From Entomomonas sp. (GTDB lineage Bacteria; Pseudomonadota; Gammaproteobacteria; Pseudomonadales; Pseudomonadaceae): a stretch of 37,442 nucleotides of DNA. The notes beneath the pieces were generated by a model, which was given only the letters and a program-made list of their open reading frames with translations, ran no database searches and was not told the origin of the DNA. Below, in pieces: positions 34,258 to 37,442 of this stretch. Positions within the stretch are counted from its first letter, which is position 1. Each line of letters begins with the position of its first letter. The translations under genes and the position numbers were made by a program. The stretch lies in assembly GCA_040391985.1 (NCBI GenBank), contig JBEBWU010000001.1, forward strand, positions 1-37,442, in the 5' to 3' direction.

Positions 34258-35520
34258 ATGACAGTCGAAGCAGCACCAAACTATACCGAATATCAAGCCG
34301 ATGGTATTGCTACTAGCTACACCATACCATTCAAGCTACTAGCTATACAGGATTTAACTGTTTATTTAGAGGGGCAACTAATAACATCAGGTTATAGTAT
34401 TGATGGAATTGGAAACCAACAGAGTCAAATTATTTTCGATGTAGCACCTAATGGTTACTTACTTTTACAGCGTTCTGTAGCTGTAGTAAGAGAAACCGAT
34501 TATCAAGAGAATGGTGATCTTAGAGCCGAAACCTTAAACAATGATTTTGATCGCCTTGTAATGATGATGCAAGGTTTTGACCAAGACAATACAAAATCAT
34601 TAAGAGTGTCAGACCCACAGGGTATTAATGCGCTACCTATAGCTCAAATTAGAGCTAATAAGATGCTCGCCTTTGATGAAAACGGACAGCCAACATTATT
34701 TATTGTTGAAGCTGGTTCAGCCGTTGACCTCGCTAAAGCATTACTAAATACCGATAATCCAGATAAAGGGGCTGGCATGGTAGGGTGCAATGAATTACTT
34801 GCTTACCCTGATAAAACCGTTGGCGATGCGATTAAAAAACTTAATCAGCGAATTGATAATTTTGATACGGGCGTCCCTGTTTTTTCTGTTATTTGGTGGC
34901 CATTAAGATCAAGTATTCCCAATGGTTTTATTGCTGGCGATGGTCAAGAGTTATTAATAGCTGATTATGCGAGGGCCTATCAAGGGATAGCTGATGGACA
35001 AGTACCAACTTGTACAGAAACAGATTGGCAAAATTCTTACAGTGCGCCAAACAATACCAATAAACGGGGTTGTTACGTTCTAAATTCAAGTGATGGTAAA
35101 TTCAGAATACCAGACTATAACGGTGTTAATACTGGATTTATACAAGCAACGGGCGCGTTTTTAAGAGGTGGTATTAATGATAATGAGGCTGGTGTTGGCC
35201 GTACTAATCAAATGCCAATGCACAACCATGAATCAATGGCCATACCTACAGCTACATTAAGCGCGAGCGGTGCTAACGATATTATGAATGATAATCCTGA
35301 TTATTGGGATACAAGCATTCAAACAGCTACAGGTAGATTTACGATTACTAAGCCTAATACAACAGTTGCAGGTTACAGAATTTCAACAGGTACGGCATTA
35401 ATTCCGACCTCTCTTGGCGGTAGTAGTGTATTGCCAGATAAGTATGATATTTCAAATGATAAACCAACAGAAACGTACCCTAATCATTATTCGGGAGTGT
35501 GGATAGTTAAGATTAAGTAA
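34258..35520 (+). CDS. Tail fibre (T7 gp17-like N-terminus, collar-like domain)
   Basis: YQADGIATSYTIPF...RETDYQENGDLRAETLNNDFDRL; collar IPNGFIAGDGQ...FRIPDYNG. Confidence 0.88.
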   Translation: MTVEAAPNYTEYQADGIATSYTIPFKLLAIQDLTVYLEGQLITSGYSIDGIGNQQSQIIFDVAPNGYLLLQRSVAVVRETDYQENGDLRAETLNNDFDRLVMMMQGFDQDNTKSLRVSDPQGINALPIAQIRANKMLAFDENGQPTLFIVEAGSAVDLAKALLNTDNPDKGAGMVGCNELLAYPDKTVGDAIKKLNQRIDNFDTGVPVFSVIWWPLRSSIPNGFIAGDGQELLIADYARAYQGIADGQVPTCTETDWQNSYSAPNNTNKRGCYVLNSSDGKFRIPDYNGVNTGFIQATGAFLRGGINDNEAGVGRTNQMPMHNHESMAIPTATLSASGANDIMNDNPDYWDTSIQTATGRFTITKPNTTVAGYRISTGTALIPTSLGGSSVLPDKYDISNDKPTETYPNHYSGVWIVKIK

Positions 35521-35524
35521 ACAT

Positions 35525-35630
35525 AGAGAAGAAAGCGACTCAACTAGATACTCGACATATCTAATTAAGCCGCAATTACGCAGGTGTATCTGCATAACCG
35601 CCTAGACTTTCCCCTCTTGCTCACGTGAGC
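35525..35630 (-). ncRNA. Candidate ~100-nt structured antisense sRNA
   Basis: Minus-strand promoter TTGCAC (35666-35661), 18 bp spacer, TGnTATTCT (35642-35637). The 16-bp terminal stem pairs fully only on the minus strand (3 G-U) and is followed by UUUCUUCUCU. Confidence 0.55.
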
Positions 35631-35665
35631 GGTGAAAGAATAGCAAGCATAAATGAGGTTGTGCA

Positions 35666-36010
35666 ATGAAGATTAGACGAAAGGATAATAAATTGCCCGA
35701 CAAAGACCCGAATTTTATACAGACCGTTATAACTGTATTTCGTGAATACGGTTTTATTATGGTTATTACTTTTATACTAAGTTATTTATCAATGTCTCGT
35801 GATGGTAAAGAGCCGAAAATAATTTACAGATTACGCGACTCTATTATTGGTTCAATAATCGTTTTAATTGTTGGCATGGCTTGCAATGAGTTTGGTATTT
35901 CGCTTGGTTGGACTTATGTAATAGCTGGCTTTGTAAGCGTTTACGGTTTAGACGCTATTAAAGAGTTAGCTAAAAGATGGGCTGAAAAGAGGATAGATAA
36001 TGACAAATAG
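35666..36010 (+). CDS. Holin (lambda S-like, 3 TM)
   Basis: Three hydrophobic segments, PDKDPNF N-terminal motif, basic C-terminus; precedes the endolysin. Confidence 0.85.
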   Translation: MKIRRKDNKLPDKDPNFIQTVITVFREYGFIMVITFILSYLSMSRDGKEPKIIYRLRDSIIGSIIVLIVGMACNEFGISLGWTYVIAGFVSVYGLDAIKELAKRWAEKRIDNDK

Positions 36011-36452
36011 TTATCAATTAACAAAAAACTTTAGTTTAAGTGAGTTAGAGGCTTCAAGTACAGCAAAAGCAAAAGGAATTGATAACAGTGTACCATTTGA
36101 ATTAATGCCTAATATTCACAAATTAGCCGATGGCTTACAACTCGTTAGAGATTTATTAGGACAGCCTATGATTATTTCATCAGGTTATAGAAGTCCAGCA
36201 TTAAATAAAGCTGTTGGCGGTGTTCTTAATAGCTCACATGCTAACGGTGAAGCTGTCGATTTTATCAGTCCTAAATTTGGTAATACTCAAAAGATTTGTG
36301 AAGCCATTATTAAATCAGGTATTAAGTTTGACCAGTTAATCAAAGAGCGAAATTTAAAGGGTAGCGAATGGGTACATATTGGTTTTGGTTCACAGATGCG
36401 ACAAGAGGTATTAACTTATAAAGGCGGCAGATATTACAAGGGCTTAGTCTAG
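36000..36452 (+). CDS. Endolysin, peptidase M15 family
   Basis: LTKNFSLSEL, ISSGYRSPALNKAVGG..NSSH..GEAVDF, FDQLI, WVHIG. Confidence 0.92.
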   Translation: MTNSYQLTKNFSLSELEASSTAKAKGIDNSVPFELMPNIHKLADGLQLVRDLLGQPMIISSGYRSPALNKAVGGVLNSSHANGEAVDFISPKFGNTQKICEAIIKSGIKFDQLIKERNLKGSEWVHIGFGSQMRQEVLTYKGGRYYKGLV

Positions 36453-36453
36453 T

Positions 36454-36921
36454 ATGGAAACAGTTAAAAACTACGCCCTTATTGGCCTAATTATCATGCT
36501 AGTTGTTGTTAGTGGCTTTTTGATTTATGTTGAAAATAAGCTAGAAAATACACAGATAAGCCTTGACCTTGCCAATAAAAATATAGATTCACTTAATGCA
36601 AGTATTGAGAGAACCAAGCAAGAACAAAAAACTATCAATGATATTGATAAGGAATATCAGGAGAAGTTAAAAGATGCAAAAACTGAATATGACAAGTTGC
36701 GTGATAGTGTTAATAACAACATTAAGCGCGTGTACGTCAAAGCCGATTGCCCAGCCTTGCCAACCACACCAGCCACCACCAGCGGCATTAATGCAGGAAC
36801 CGCCCAACTTACAGGAGAGGCTAGACAGGATTATCTATATCTCAGATTAGAGATACAACAGACGATAGACCAAGTTAAGGGCCTACAAGATTATATTAAT
36901 AACGTGTGTTTAAAGGATTAA
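36454..36921 (+). CDS. Rz: Rz i-spanin
   Basis: N-terminal TM, coiled coil, RVYVKADCP, ARQDY..LR..I...LQDYINNVC. Confidence 0.9.
   Translation: METVKNYALIGLIIMLVVVSGFLIYVENKLENTQISLDLANKNIDSLNASIERTKQEQKTINDIDKEYQEKLKDAKTEYDKLRDSVNNNIKRVYVKADCPALPTTPATTSGINAGTAQLTGEARQDYLYLRLEIQQTIDQVKGLQDYINNVCLKD
36674..36850 (+). CDS. Rz1: Rz1 o-spanin lipoprotein embedded in Rz (+1 frame), absent from the ORF track
   Basis: MQKLNMTSCVIVLITTLSACTSKPIAQPCQPHQPPPAALMQEPPNLQERLDRIIYISD; LSAC lipobox, Pro-rich. Confidence 0.88.
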   Translation: MQKLNMTSCVIVLITTLSACTSKPIAQPCQPHQPPPAALMQEPPNLQERLDRIIYISD

Positions 36922-36953
36922 ACACAGAAACTAACTGCAAAATATTCCTAAAA

Positions 36954-37247
36954 TTATTCTAACAATGCTATCAATTCTTGTTTACGACGCTCTAATCTTT
37001 CTAAACCGTCATTAATAGCCATATTCTTATTTGCAAATAATAATTTATATTTAAACGGTGTTATTGCTTTAAAGTCGTCTTTGCTTGGATGGGTATATTT
37101 ACTTGATACTTCTTTTAGTTTAACTAATATTTCATTTTCTGTTTTACCCATTACAATAAATTCTACTAAGGGGATTTCTATTCCTATATGTGTAACAGAA
37201 TACACACTATCACCAATTTGTAATTTTCTAAATTCGTCCTTTTTCAT
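36954..37247 (-). CDS. Hypothetical protein, moron-like, next to attR
   Basis: 97 aa on the opposite strand, AGGT RBS, own extended -10 TGCTATTAT (37287-37279). Confidence 0.7.
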   Translation of the reverse strand: MKKDEFRKLQIGDSVYSVTHIGIEIPLVEFIVMGKTENEILVKLKEVSSKYTHPSKDDFKAITPFKYKLLFANKNMAINDGLERLERRKQELIALLE

Positions 37248-37315
37248 AATTGGTCAACCTTGAGCATGATTTTAATTTATAATAGCACAATATAGTTTAG
37301 GTGTATTAAATAGCA

Positions 37316-37369
37316 AGGGCGACAATAAGACGACATTAAAAAATAAAGTTATTTAATATCAATAGGTTA
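37316..37369 (+). promoter_or_regulatory. Putative integrase arm sites and IHF site (right arm)
   Basis: AGGGCGACA (37316) and AAGACGACA (37327); TATCAATAGGTTA (37357-37369) matches IHF WATCAANNNNTTR. Confidence 0.68.
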
Positions 37370-37387
37370 ATTTAGTTAATTGGTAGT

Positions 37388-37442
37388 AATTATGCCTACC
37401 AAATTAAGATTTAATAAATCTCTTGAAACCCCTATAAAGTCC
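37388..37442 (+). repeat. attR core direct repeat (cut by the window end)
   Basis: Identical to 948-1002; includes the last 14 nt of the tRNA. Confidence 0.95.

Larger units (their letters stand above)
948..37442. mobile_element. Temperate prophage (~36.44 kb): lambdoid control/replication modules plus a T7-order podovirus virion module
   Basis: Flanking direct repeats include the tRNA 3' end. Integrase is adjacent to attL. Immunity, replication, head, tail, packaging and lysis genes are all present with no obvious frameshifts. Confidence 0.96.

Noticed and set aside
15156-34316. Short minus-strand and off-frame ORFs within the virion and terminase genes
   Set aside because: They overlap well-supported long genes and look like antisense codon-bias artefacts.
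34258-35665. Possible diversity-generating retroelement or invertible fibre cassette, as in some temperate podoviruses
   Set aside because: No reverse transcriptase, invertase or template/variable repeat pair was seen.
37285-37300. GCACAATATAGTTTAG resembles an NrdR box
   Set aside because: Single copy, with mismatches at conserved right-half positions.

Overview
An apparently complete ~36.4 kb temperate prophage integrated at the 3' end of a host tRNA-Val(GAC) gene (885-961). It is bounded by a direct repeat of at least 55 bp (948-1002 and 37388-37442). The host is an AT-rich gammaproteobacterium, probably Pseudomonadales (inference). The only host CDS is a partial GspE/PilB-type ATPase. 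The phage is a mosaic. Its lambdoid half carries a tyrosine integrase, a Xis-like gene, Lar, a phage CsrA, RecT, YqaJ, CI/Cro with two triplets of operators, O/P-type replication genes with iterons, and VRR-NUC. Its T7-order podovirus virion half carries portal, scaffold, capsid, tail tube A/B, GNAT, ejection proteins (one with an SLT domain, one a 2656-aa polyvalent protein), terminase, tail fibre, holin, M15 endolysin and Rz/Rz1. The most notable signals are non-coding: tandem near-perfect NrdR boxes before the capsid gene in a phage with no nrd genes, a thrice-repeated putative late-promoter motif, a GGA-rich late leader alongside a phage CsrA, and a minus-strand structured sRNA before the lysis cassette. 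Also notable are a CI that looks non-cleavable and a putative ADP-ribosyltransferase cassette in the giant ejection protein. All calls come from reading motifs; no searches were run.
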